From contig JBHELB010000071.1 of the NCBI GenBank assembly GCA_041859045.1, positions 19,601 to 83,600 of the forward strand: 64,000 bases of DNA, in the 5' to 3' direction. Positions within the stretch are counted from its first letter, which is position 1; each line of letters starts with the position of its first letter. This DNA is from Candidatus Hydrogenedentales bacterium. GTDB lineage: Bacteria > Hydrogenedentota > Hydrogenedentia > Hydrogenedentales > SLHB01. Below, piece by piece: positions 10,387 through 19,321 of the stretch. A program made the position numbers and the translations under genes. A model generated the notes under the pieces. That model worked only from the letters and a program-made list of their open reading frames with translations, searched no databases and was not told where the DNA came from.

Positions 10387-11425
10387 CCGTCAGGTCTTTT
10401 CGAGTCTCCAGAATCGCATCCTGACGCACTGGCACGAGGCGCGTCAGATTCTCGACGGTCAAATGCCTCCGCCGCGTACGGCGATCGTTTACCCCACGTA
10501 TGTCTGCAACCAAAATTGTCTATGGTGCGAGTACGGCGAGGACAACACCGATTTCCACACGATGATGCCCACGGAGCGCCTGCGGGCGCTGATGTGGGAC
10601 CTGCGCGCGCTGGGTGTGCGTGCGGTGGAATTCTGCGGCGGCGGCGAACCCACGCTGCACCCCGCGCTGGCGCCGTTGGTCCGCGAGATGAAAGAGCGCG
10701 GCATGAGCACGGGCGTATTGACCAACGGCAGCCGCCTCAGAGGCGAATTGGCGGAGGCTCTGGTCGATTGCGCCAGTTACGTCCGCGTCGGGTTTGACGC
10801 GGGCACCGCGGAGAAGTTCAACGAAGTGAAACGTCCGCGCACGCCGGAGGCCCGGTTCGACGCGGTATGCGACAATGTCCGCGCGCTGTTGGCGCTGCGC
10901 AAAGAGCGCGGCACAAACGTGCTCATCAGCATGAAGATCGTGCTCGATGCGCACAACTATCACGAGATTGAGCCCGCGGTCGATCTGGCGCTCGAGTTGG
11001 GCGTCGACAGTATCCAATTCAAAGCCGCGCGCTTGACCGAGGCCGAGCTGAACGAAGCGCAGTCAGCCGAGGTACAACGTGCGCTCGAGTCCCTGCGCGC
11101 CCAGCATCCCGGCCTGCCCATCGTCGGCAGCGTGGAAAAGCTGAACATGGCCTCGCAGTGCTGGCTGACGCCGCTGCAGATCACCGTCGACACGCTGGGC
11201 GAGGTCTATCTCTGCTGCTACTTCCGGCATCGTAGAGAGCGCCACGGCATCGGCAATGCATTTGAGAGACCACTGCACGAGATCTGGCATGGCGAGCGAC
11301 ACCGTGAGGCGATTCGCGATATTCGCCCGCACGAATGCAACAACCTCGACTGCCGTTTCGTTCACTACAATCGCATCCTGCGCGACGTCATGGTGGACCA
11401 CGACGCGCAATTCGAGTTCATCTAG
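10355..11425 (+). CDS. Radical SAM protein with SPASM/twitch-like C-terminal Cys cluster
   Basis: VYPTYVCNQNCLWCEY (CxxxCxxC) and GGGEPTLHP. The C-terminus has C-x12-G-x4-C (CWLTPLQITVDTLGEVYLC) plus CNNLDC. Start set at ATG 10355 (32-nt overlap with the upstream gene); GTG 10367 is also possible. Confidence 0.7.
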   Translation: MEDSVNPSTPDRQVFSSLQNRILTHWHEARQILDGQMPPPRTAIVYPTYVCNQNCLWCEYGEDNTDFHTMMPTERLRALMWDLRALGVRAVEFCGGGEPTLHPALAPLVREMKERGMSTGVLTNGSRLRGELAEALVDCASYVRVGFDAGTAEKFNEVKRPRTPEARFDAVCDNVRALLALRKERGTNVLISMKIVLDAHNYHEIEPAVDLALELGVDSIQFKAARLTEAELNEAQSAEVQRALESLRAQHPGLPIVGSVEKLNMASQCWLTPLQITVDTLGEVYLCCYFRHRRERHGIGNAFERPLHEIWHGERHREAIRDIRPHECNNLDCRFVHYNRILRDVMVDHDAQFEFI

Positions 11426-11436
11426 GAGCCCGGCGC

Positions 11437-12846
11437 ATGAAGGTCCTTTTGCTTAATCCGCCCGGGCCGTTTTGCCGGGCAGGCTCGCGTTGGCCGCACC
11501 GGCGCGCTGCGCGGCGGGTGGGCATTGACTATCATCCGTTCCCCTTCAGTCTCGCCTACGCCACGGCGCGTCTGATGGCCGATGGACATGACGCAACACT
11601 CGTGGACTGTATCGCCGAAGGCTTGGACGACGACGCATTGCGTCAACGCGCGGCCGCGTTTGCGCCGGATGTGGCGGTGCTGGAGACCAGCGCGCCCAGT
11701 TTCTCGGCGGACCTGGAAACGCTGCGCGCGCTCGGCGTTCCCGGCATCGCCGTGGGCGCGCACGCGACCGCGACATGGCGCGAGCACGTCGAGGCGGGCT
11801 TCGCGGGCGTGATACGTGGCGAGTACGATCAGGTGATTTCCCAGGCCGTAGCGCGCGAACCGCAACCGTGGCTCGCGTTACCCGGCCATGAGCCGGAGGG
11901 CTTCGCGCCGCTCTGTCGCGATCTCGATGCGATCCCACGTCCTCCGTGGGAGCAGATGCCTATGGAGAAGTACAACGATCCGTTCTGCCTAGGGCGCTCC
12001 GTGGCGTTGTTGACGACCCGGGGTTGTCCGTTCTGTTGTAGTTTCTGCACGATCGCGCCGTTCGCAGGTCAGCGCAATTACCGCAAGCGAAATCCTGAGC
12101 GCGTGTGCGACGAAGCGGCGGATCTGATCGCGCGCTACTCGCCGGATGAGCTGTATTTCGACGACGACACGATTACCGCGGACCGTCGACATATCCTTGC
12201 CTTGTGTGCGGCGATCAAGAACCGCAAGTTTGGTCTGCCCTTCAGTTGCATGGGAAATGCGACGGTCGACCACGATGTGCTGGTCGCGATGGCCGACGCC
12301 GGGTGTCGCGCGCTGAAGTTTGGCGTTGAGAGCGGAGACCCGGCCGTCTTGCGGCGCATACCCAAAGAGGTTGATCTTGACGCCGTGGTTCGCACCGCGC
12401 GGGATTGCCGGGAGTTGGGCATCGAGTCGCACGCCACGTTCCTGATCGGCCTTCCGGGAGAAACCCGCGAGAGTGCGTTGCGCACGATCGACTTTGCGTT
12501 GCGCCTCAACACGCACACGTTGCAGTTCGCCATCGCCACCCCCTATCCCGGCACGCCGTTCTATGAAGAGGCGCGCCGCGAGGGGTGGCTTATCAAAGAC
12601 AACTGGCGCGATTTCGACCCCGCGAACGCCGCCGTGGTCTCGTATCCCGGCTATAGTGCGGACGATATCGCCGCAATGCACGCGCTCGCCTGGAAGCGCT
12701 GGCAATGGCACATGTTCACGCGTCGTCCGGCTACGCTCGTGCACCATTTTCGCAATGCCTACCTGCGCGAAGGTGCGGGCGGCGTGCTGCGCCTCGGCGT
12801 GTATAGCGCGGAGCGGCTGCTGCGTATCCTGGGAGGACGGGCATGA
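11437..12846 (+). CDS. Cobalamin-binding-domain radical SAM protein (class B), paralog 2
   Basis: Start at ATG 11437 (MKVLLLNPPGPFCRAGSRWP). Motif TTRGCPFCCSFCTI (CxxxCxxC). Begins 11 nt after the upstream stop. Confidence 0.75.
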   Translation: MKVLLLNPPGPFCRAGSRWPHRRAARRVGIDYHPFPFSLAYATARLMADGHDATLVDCIAEGLDDDALRQRAAAFAPDVAVLETSAPSFSADLETLRALGVPGIAVGAHATATWREHVEAGFAGVIRGEYDQVISQAVAREPQPWLALPGHEPEGFAPLCRDLDAIPRPPWEQMPMEKYNDPFCLGRSVALLTTRGCPFCCSFCTIAPFAGQRNYRKRNPERVCDEAADLIARYSPDELYFDDDTITADRRHILALCAAIKNRKFGLPFSCMGNATVDHDVLVAMADAGCRALKFGVESGDPAVLRRIPKEVDLDAVVRTARDCRELGIESHATFLIGLPGETRESALRTIDFALRLNTHTLQFAIATPYPGTPFYEEARREGWLIKDNWRDFDPANAAVVSYPGYSADDIAAMHALAWKRWQWHMFTRRPATLVHHFRNAYLREGAGGVLRLGVYSAERLLRILGGRA

Positions 12847-14141
12847 AAGTCGCCTTGATTAATCCAGGAAGCCCTCAAGCGCTTCGGAAGGAAAACCTCG
12901 GGCTTGCGTATCTCGCCGCGGCACTCGATGCCGCCGGGCACGATACGCGCATTCTCGATGAAGTCGCGGGGCAAGACGTCGCCTCGGGGCTCGATGCATT
13001 TCGGCCGGATGCCGTTGGCATTTCCTCGATGACCATGTATGTTCCGCGCGCCTATGCGTTGGCGGACGAGATTCGCGCCAAACGCGGGATTCCGGTCATT
13101 CTCGGCGGCGCGCACCCGACGGCGTTGCCGCACGAAGCGATTCAGCACGCGGATTGCGTCATTCGCGGCGAGGGCGAGGAGACGCTCGTGCGCGTGGTCG
13201 ACTCCGGCCGCATCGAGGGCATTGTCGAACCGGCCGGTCCTCGCGACTTGGACGAACTGCCGTTTCCCGCGCGCGACAAACTCGACCTCGAATACTACGC
13301 GGCAGCGGGCGACGAGATCGCCGGATTGTCGTACCGCACGTTGGGCATCATCACGAGCCGCGGCTGTCCGTTTGTGTGCAATTTCTGCATCAACTCGAAG
13401 CGCGAGGAGCGCCTGCGTTTCCACAGCCCGGACCGCGTGATGGAAGAGATTCGCTACCTCGTCACGCGTCACCGCATCGAAAGCATCGCCTTCTACGACG
13501 AGATGATCGGCACGAACTCGCTGCGGTTTTCGACGATCTGTGAGCGGATGATCGAGGAGGGGTTCGCCCATCTAAAGTGGGAGTGTCAGCTCCACGTCCG
13601 CGCGATTCGTCCCGACGTGCTCTCGGTCATGAAACGAGCAGGATGTGTCCAGGTCGCTATCGGCTTCGAAACGGGAAGTCAGCGCGTGCTGGATCGCATC
13701 AGCAAAAATGCCACCGTGGAGTTGAACCTCGAGGCGACGCGGCGCGTGCGCGAAGCGGGGCTGCGCGTCCGCGGGTGTTTCATTATCGGCACACCGGGCG
13801 AGACGGTCGAGGACATCGCGGAGACGGAGCGATTCATCCGCGAAGCCCCGATCGACTTTGTGTCGATGCACTACCTCACGCCGTACCCCGGCACCGCGGT
13901 CTACGATGAGGTCAAAGATCGCCTCGAAGCGGCCGCAATCCCGTGGGACCGTTTCACCACCGGCGACCCGGACACGTTCTTGGTCAACACCGCGATCCCT
14001 GCGGACGTCCAGCGGCGCGCGTTTGAACGCCTACGGGCCCAGGCGGCGTTTCGCAACTACTCGATCGGACAAATGGTGCATCGGACTCTCAAAAACCCCC
14101 ACCACGCTATTCATATCCTCAAGTCCATCTTGAAAAAATAG
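12843..14141 (+). CDS. Cobalamin-binding-domain radical SAM protein (class B), paralog 3
   Basis: MKVALINPG... and TSRGCPFVCNFCIN (CxxxCxxC). ATGA start/stop overlap with the upstream gene. Confidence 0.75.
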   Translation: MKVALINPGSPQALRKENLGLAYLAAALDAAGHDTRILDEVAGQDVASGLDAFRPDAVGISSMTMYVPRAYALADEIRAKRGIPVILGGAHPTALPHEAIQHADCVIRGEGEETLVRVVDSGRIEGIVEPAGPRDLDELPFPARDKLDLEYYAAAGDEIAGLSYRTLGIITSRGCPFVCNFCINSKREERLRFHSPDRVMEEIRYLVTRHRIESIAFYDEMIGTNSLRFSTICERMIEEGFAHLKWECQLHVRAIRPDVLSVMKRAGCVQVAIGFETGSQRVLDRISKNATVELNLEATRRVREAGLRVRGCFIIGTPGETVEDIAETERFIREAPIDFVSMHYLTPYPGTAVYDEVKDRLEAAAIPWDRFTTGDPDTFLVNTAIPADVQRRAFERLRAQAAFRNYSIGQMVHRTLKNPHHAIHILKSILKK

Positions 14142-14191
14142 GCGAAAAACCGCACCTTGAGCCGGTCCGCGGTTCTCTTTACGATAGCAGT

Positions 14192-15532
14192 ATGTCTGAC
14201 AATCTTTTTGAACATGCCGCCGCAGAGCGGTTGCGCCGCGAAGCGCCGTTGGCGCGCCGTGTTGCGCCACGCACGCTCGACGATCTGCTCGGCCAGGAGC
14301 ACATCCTTGGGCCCGGCAAAATGCTGCGCCGCGCCATCGAGGCCGACCGCATTACCTCGCTGATCTTGTACGGACCGCCGGGCTGCGGAAAGACCGCGCT
14401 CGCGCGCCTGATCGCCATGCGCACGCGCTCGGGCTTCGAAAACCTGAACGCCGTCACGTCGGGCGTGAAGGAACTGCGGCAACTCATCGAAACCGCCAAA
14501 CAACGGCGCCTTCACGACGGTCGCCGCACGATCCTGTTTGTCGACGAGATTCACCGATTCAACAAGGCCCAGCAAGACGCGTTGTTGCCCGATGTCGAGA
14601 ACGGCGCGATCACGCTGATCGGCGCGACAACGGAAAACCCATTTTTCTCCGTCGTGGCGCCGCTGCTGTCGCGTTCGCAGGTGTTCGAACTGCGCAAACT
14701 CGAGCCGGAGACTACCGCGCGCGTGCTGCGCCGTGCATTAACACTCGAGGACGGCGGACTTGCGGCGCTGAACGTAACAGCGGACGACGATGCGCTGATG
14801 CATTTGGCGCAGTTCGCCGACGGTGACGCCCGTCGCGCGCTGAACGCGCTCGATATCGCCGCGCTCACCACGCCGCCGGAAGAGGGCGCCATCCACATTA
14901 CGCTGGCGGTCGCCGAGGAAAGCATCCAGAAGAAACTTATCCATTACGACGGCACGGGCGACGCGCATTACGACGCGGCGTCGGCGTTCATCAAGAGTAT
15001 GCGCGGCAGCGATCCCGACTCCGCGCTGTATTGGATGGCGTTGATGCTCGCCGCGGGTGACGATCCGCGATTCGTGGCGCGGCGAATCTGTATTTGCGCG
15101 GCGGAAGACGTGGGCAACGCCGACCCCATGGCGCTGGTGTTGGCGACCTCGGCGTGGCAGGCGTGCGAGTTCATCGGTATGCCGGAGGCGCGCATTCTAC
15201 TTGCCGAGGCGGCCATCTACGTGGCCTGTGCGCCGAAAAGCAACACCGCCTGCGTCGGCATCGACGCCGCCCTGAGCGACGTGCGCGAAGGCAAAACCGT
15301 TGCCGTGCCGCGTCACCTGCGCGACTCCAGCTACAAGGGCGCGCAACGCCTGGGCCGAGGCCAGGGCTATCAATACGCGCATGACGGTGAGGATGCGTAC
15401 GTCACACAGGACTATGGCGTGCCGCGCGGCACGTACTATCACCCCACGGATCGCGGCAAGGAAGCGGAGTTCAAAGCCCGAATCGAGGCGCTTCGCGCGC
15501 GGGACGAGCAAGCCGCGCAGGACCAACAGTGA
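14192..15532 (+). CDS. rarA: Replication-associated recombination protein A (AAA+ ATPase RarA/MgsA)
   Basis: Walker A LILYGPPGCGKTALARLIA, Walker B ILFVDEIHRFNK, and the C-terminal MgsA pattern HLRDSSYKGAQRLGRGQGYQYAHD. Confidence 0.92.
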   Translation: MSDNLFEHAAAERLRREAPLARRVAPRTLDDLLGQEHILGPGKMLRRAIEADRITSLILYGPPGCGKTALARLIAMRTRSGFENLNAVTSGVKELRQLIETAKQRRLHDGRRTILFVDEIHRFNKAQQDALLPDVENGAITLIGATTENPFFSVVAPLLSRSQVFELRKLEPETTARVLRRALTLEDGGLAALNVTADDDALMHLAQFADGDARRALNALDIAALTTPPEEGAIHITLAVAEESIQKKLIHYDGTGDAHYDAASAFIKSMRGSDPDSALYWMALMLAAGDDPRFVARRICICAAEDVGNADPMALVLATSAWQACEFIGMPEARILLAEAAIYVACAPKSNTACVGIDAALSDVREGKTVAVPRHLRDSSYKGAQRLGRGQGYQYAHDGEDAYVTQDYGVPRGTYYHPTDRGKEAEFKARIEALRARDEQAAQDQQ

Positions 15533-17019
15533 TCGCGGGGGCGCAAAGACGCGAAAGCAACGGGCGGGAAATCGCGTTGTTCTTCTTGATCGCCGCGCTC
15601 GTGCGGCTGTCGCTCGGCAATACCCCGCTGGTGTCGTGGGATGAGTGGATACTCGGCGGCATCGCTGCGCGGCTTGGAACCTGGGCCCTTCCTAATCTCG
15701 AACTCTACGATATCCTTGTCCCCACCGGTTACTCGTATCCGTCCTTCGGGTTCTGGGTCAACAGCGTGTTTGTATGGCTCTTCGGATCGACGCCGTTTGT
15801 GTTGCGATTGCCCTGCGCGCTGAGCGAGGCCGCCGCCGTGGCGCTTACGTATGCGCTGGCGCGCGAACTCGCGGGTGTAGTCTGCGCCCGCGCCGCCGCA
15901 TTGTTTGCCACGGCCTGCCTCTTCCTGTCGTTTCACGCCATGGTCAGCCTCGACTATTTACTCTCCGCATGGGTCTTGCTGTCGCTGTGGGCGTTTGTGC
16001 GTGCGGCTCGAAAACAGGACAGCGCGTTGCTTGTACTCGCGGCGTTCTGCGGCGGAATGGCCTGTTTCACGAAGTACCACGGCGTCGTGTATCACGCGAC
16101 GCTCTGTGTTCTCGTGTTCTCGTGGCCCACGACTCGGCGCATGTTGCGATGGAAGACCTTGACGGCAGCAGCGGCCGCCGCGTTGGCTGCGCCGCTGTTC
16201 ATGCTTGCGACCGAAGCCGCGACATGGCATTTCTACGGGTACTCGAAAACCCACATCGCCGAGGTGCTTCGCGTGACGGAGTGGGCGTCCTACGTTGCCG
16301 ACCCGCGCACCGGGGCCATCGTCGAGGCGAACGACGGATACTACTTTCTCTACGCGTGGACCACGCTGGGCCCACTATTCTGCGGCCTCGCCGCGCTGGG
16401 CTTTGTCGCGGCGTTGGCGTCTCGTGGCCGCGTGTGGTGGGCATTGGGCTTCGTCGCGGCGGCGTGGCTGTTCTGGGCGTCTACCGCGAGTCTTAAGAAC
16501 GCGCGCTACATCCTGCCGATGGTCTACGTCGCGTGTATCTTCGCAGGATACTTCATCACGCGACTGGCCGCGATTCCCAGGTGCCGGGGAATCGCGTGGA
16601 TGCTCGTGCTTGTGACCGTCGCGCTGGGCGCGTGGCAGTCTGTCGACCGCGCGCAGCAGTATTTTGAGGAAGCCCGGCGCAACATGGCGGTGTACGACTA
16701 TGTGAACACGCACACGCCGAAAGGCGCGGTCATTCTCGCGGAGTCGATCGTGTTTCAGGTGCACATTGCGGGCGGTCCGGGAATCGTGCGCACGACGTAC
16801 GCGCCGGAATCGCCGCAGGCCCTCGACCGCGCGGACTATCTCATCCTCGATCCGCGCACGCATGAGATGCTGCAACGCGGCGTACTTCCGGTGGCGCGTG
16901 GGTACCTCGACTTCCGTCGCGAGGCGGAGAAGGATTGGCCCTGCGTGTTTCGCAAAGCTTCTCGCCAGGGCGAAGTGCGTGTGCTCGCGCGCCCGCAACG
17001 CCCATTGGGTGCGCCCTAG
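15529..17019 (+). CDS. GT-C fold membrane glycosyltransferase (ArnT/PMT-like, GT39/GT83 type), paralog 1
   Basis: About 10 or more hydrophobic helices. TM1 is followed by the acidic loop motif PLVSWDEWILGG (the DE motif of PMT/ArnT enzymes). GTG start overlaps the rarA stop. Its last 3 codons and TAG lie inside the 86-bp repeat. Confidence 0.7.
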   Translation: MIAGAQRRESNGREIALFFLIAALVRLSLGNTPLVSWDEWILGGIAARLGTWALPNLELYDILVPTGYSYPSFGFWVNSVFVWLFGSTPFVLRLPCALSEAAAVALTYALARELAGVVCARAAALFATACLFLSFHAMVSLDYLLSAWVLLSLWAFVRAARKQDSALLVLAAFCGGMACFTKYHGVVYHATLCVLVFSWPTTRRMLRWKTLTAAAAAALAAPLFMLATEAATWHFYGYSKTHIAEVLRVTEWASYVADPRTGAIVEANDGYYFLYAWTTLGPLFCGLAALGFVAALASRGRVWWALGFVAAAWLFWASTASLKNARYILPMVYVACIFAGYFITRLAAIPRCRGIAWMLVLVTVALGAWQSVDRAQQYFEEARRNMAVYDYVNTHTPKGAVILAESIVFQVHIAGGPGIVRTTYAPESPQALDRADYLILDPRTHEMLQRGVLPVARGYLDFRREAEKDWPCVFRKASRQGEVRVLARPQRPLGAP

Positions 17020-17094
17020 CCCTCGTGTCGGGGAAGGTTGTTGCCCAAAGAACACCACACCGCCTCGTCATCGTTTAGCAACGTGGCGACTTTC
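17009..17094. repeat. 86-bp direct repeat, copy 1 (contains a dead duplicate of the dnaE 3' end)
   Basis: Identical base-for-base to 19236-19321: gtgcgccctagccctcgtgtcggggaaggttgttgcccaaagaacaccacaccgcctcgtcatcgtttagcaacgtggcgactttc. Confidence 0.95.
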
Positions 17095-17341
17095 TATAGG
17101 AAGAAGGCGCTCAACCTGCGCGACGGCATCTTGGTCAACGCCGCAGTATCACGACTGCTCTGGCTTAGGTCGCGCTTGATTCCCACAACATGATTCCTTA
17201 CGCTTTTGGGGAGGGGAGGGCAACTGACCGCAAGGGGTTTGCGTTTCCGTGCGAGTTCCTATCCGGCGCGCTATCCCGCTCTGTTTGCGCAGGCGTCTTA
17301 GGCGCGTTGCCCAGCGGGTGCAGAAAACGCGGAAACGGAGA

Positions 17342-19204
17342 ATGACCTTGGTGGGCGAGAAATACCCGGCGATTCTGCAGAATCATCCCCTGTCTCGCCC
17401 TCAGTGGTGCGCTGTAATCGGGATCGTACTGCTAAGTTTCATTCTACGATTCACCGCGCTTGATCTGCGCGGACTCTGGGTCGACGAAATTCTGTGGGCA
17501 GGGTGGACCAATCAGCCCACCCCGCTCGCTGTGGCGCATCAAGTCTTCTGTCCTCAATCGCCACTGTTTGCCTGGCTCGCATGGCCATTTCGATCTTGGG
17601 TGGCAAGCGATTTCACAGTGCGGCTCATTCCCGCGGCATTGGGCGTACTAGGTGTCGTTTTGCTGTTCCTGATGGCGCGGCGCATGGCGGGTGAGCGCAT
17701 AGCACTCGGAGCAGCGCTTATTCTCTCATTAAACCCAAGCCATCTCTCGTATTCCCGACAGTTCGAGCCGTACACTTTTGCTGTTGTAGCCGTGCTGTTG
17801 TTCGCTCTCTCCGCAGATCATGCTTTTCGAAGTAACCGGCGTTCTGCGTGGGGGTTAACGATGTTCCTAGCGGTTATTGCGATCTATGCGCATATCTTTG
17901 CAGGGGCAACTGCGGCAATGCTTACGCTCGGTCTCTGCTTGGCATGGCGGCGTCACGACGGCGCTCTTAAACGGTCTTTAAGAGCGGCGGTTGTCTGGGG
18001 TATCGCGCTCTGCGCATATCTGCCATGGGCGCTTCATGACGTAGAAAATTTCGTCGGCCAGTTGCCCCAGGGGACTTTTGCCTCACTATATCCGCCGGAA
18101 CTGTCCACATCGGGTTTCTTGTGTCGCTTGGCGGTTGCGTTCTGGTGTTCGCCATACATGACGGATTCGCCAATGCTCTTGTGGCCGCTGTTGATGCTGG
18201 TCGTGCTGATTACGGCTTTAGGATGGTTTGCCGCTACTCGCGATGGGTCGGGTGCGGGAACGGTCGCGCTATTCTGGCTGGCTGGGGCAGGCCTGGTGGC
18301 TTCAGCGGTGGCGACGTGGGGATATCTCCTGAAAGGCCACTACATGATGATGGCTTTGCCGGGAGGCTGCCTTCTCTTAGCGCTCGGCGTACACGAACTA
18401 TTTCGACTCGCTTCCGCGAGTCGCAGGCTTCGGCTTCTAACGCGCGCAATGGTCGTCTGCGCTGTCGGCATGCTCGGCTACTGGAGTCTTGGCGCGACTG
18501 CGTACGTTGTCTATATCGCACCGCTTGAGCAGGATTTGAGAGGGATGTTTCGCTGGGTCGAAATGGTGATGCTGGATAACGACCGAGTTGTCGCGCAGAG
18601 CTGGTTTTGCTCCGGAGTAATGGCACGATATGCTGGCGATCGAACATCGCGCGCTATACCCGCCCTACCGGAGAAGACCTTAGCGAATGGGGGTCAAATC
18701 CTTTCGGCAACGCCTGGACGACTTTGGATTCTCTACGGTGAACACTGGATTCCACCCGACTATAGTGCGTGGATGGGCTCCCAAAAGACCGTTTACGAGT
18801 TTCCATTCACGGGAAATTTCGGAAGAGTCTTTCTCATTTGGCCACGCACTTCCAGCGACACATGGGAGCAGCGGCAGTTCCAGATTCGCTATGCCCTTGA
18901 GCAAGCGACCATATATTACCCCAAACAGCATCCGCGCATCCTGCTTGCGCTCGGGCAGCTCGACCGTGAGGCGGGCGCATCCGAAAGCGCTGTTGCGTAC
19001 TGTGAACGTGCCGCGCGCCTTGTCTGGCCTACTCTTCTCGTCGCCCCCACGTCAGCCACCCTATGGAACTTGCTCGCCGATGCTTACGCGGGCGCGAATC
19101 ATGTTGAGGCTGCCTCGCGCTGCTATGGTATCGCAGCGTATCTCTGTGATTTGCAGAGTGAGCGCCGAGGACTCCTGCGGAAAGGATCCCAAATTGGGCG
19201 ATGA
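17342..19204 (+). CDS. GT-C fold membrane glycosyltransferase (ArnT/PMT-like) with C-terminal TPR-like region, paralog 2
   Basis: Start set at ATG 17342 (GGAG RBS). TM1 is followed by LDLRGLWVDEILWAG (DE motif). Many TM helices. The soluble C-terminus ends in TPR-like helices (ALGQLDREAGASESAVAYCERAARL...). Confidence 0.65.
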   Translation: MTLVGEKYPAILQNHPLSRPQWCAVIGIVLLSFILRFTALDLRGLWVDEILWAGWTNQPTPLAVAHQVFCPQSPLFAWLAWPFRSWVASDFTVRLIPAALGVLGVVLLFLMARRMAGERIALGAALILSLNPSHLSYSRQFEPYTFAVVAVLLFALSADHAFRSNRRSAWGLTMFLAVIAIYAHIFAGATAAMLTLGLCLAWRRHDGALKRSLRAAVVWGIALCAYLPWALHDVENFVGQLPQGTFASLYPPELSTSGFLCRLAVAFWCSPYMTDSPMLLWPLLMLVVLITALGWFAATRDGSGAGTVALFWLAGAGLVASAVATWGYLLKGHYMMMALPGGCLLLALGVHELFRLASASRRLRLLTRAMVVCAVGMLGYWSLGATAYVVYIAPLEQDLRGMFRWVEMVMLDNDRVVAQSWFCSGVMARYAGDRTSRAIPALPEKTLANGGQILSATPGRLWILYGEHWIPPDYSAWMGSQKTVYEFPFTGNFGRVFLIWPRTSSDTWEQRQFQIRYALEQATIYYPKQHPRILLALGQLDREAGASESAVAYCERAARLVWPTLLVAPTSATLWNLLADAYAGANHVEAASRCYGIAAYLCDLQSERRGLLRKGSQIGR

Positions 19205-19235
19205 GTCCATCGTGCTAGAGCGCATTAAATGAAAA

Positions 19236-19321
19236 GTGCGCCCTAGCCCTCGTGTCGGGGAAGGTTGTTGCCCAAAGAACACCACACCGCCTCGTCATCG
19301 TTTAGCAACGTGGCGACTTTC
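19236..19321. repeat. 86-bp direct repeat, copy 2 (functional 3' end of dnaE)
   Basis: Identical to 17009-17094. On the minus strand it encodes the last 26 codons plus stop of dnaE (KVATLLNDDEAVWCSLGNNLPRHEG*). Confidence 0.95.

Larger units (their letters stand above)
17009..19321. mobile_element. Direct-repeat-bounded insertion cassette (about 2.1 kb insert, single GT-C gene, no recombinase)
   Basis: Perfect 86-bp repeats at both ends. The interior is visibly lower in G+C (hand counts 50-53% on two 60-nt lines, against 57-75% in flanking genes). The repeat equals the overlapping 3' ends of two convergent genes. Confidence 0.4.

Noticed and set aside
8887-14191. Search for a RiPP precursor peptide around the radical-SAM cassette
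   Set aside because: The flanking gaps are only 21 nt (8887-8907) and 50 nt (14142-14191). No short ORF with an RBS is present on either strand, so a local peptide substrate is not supported.
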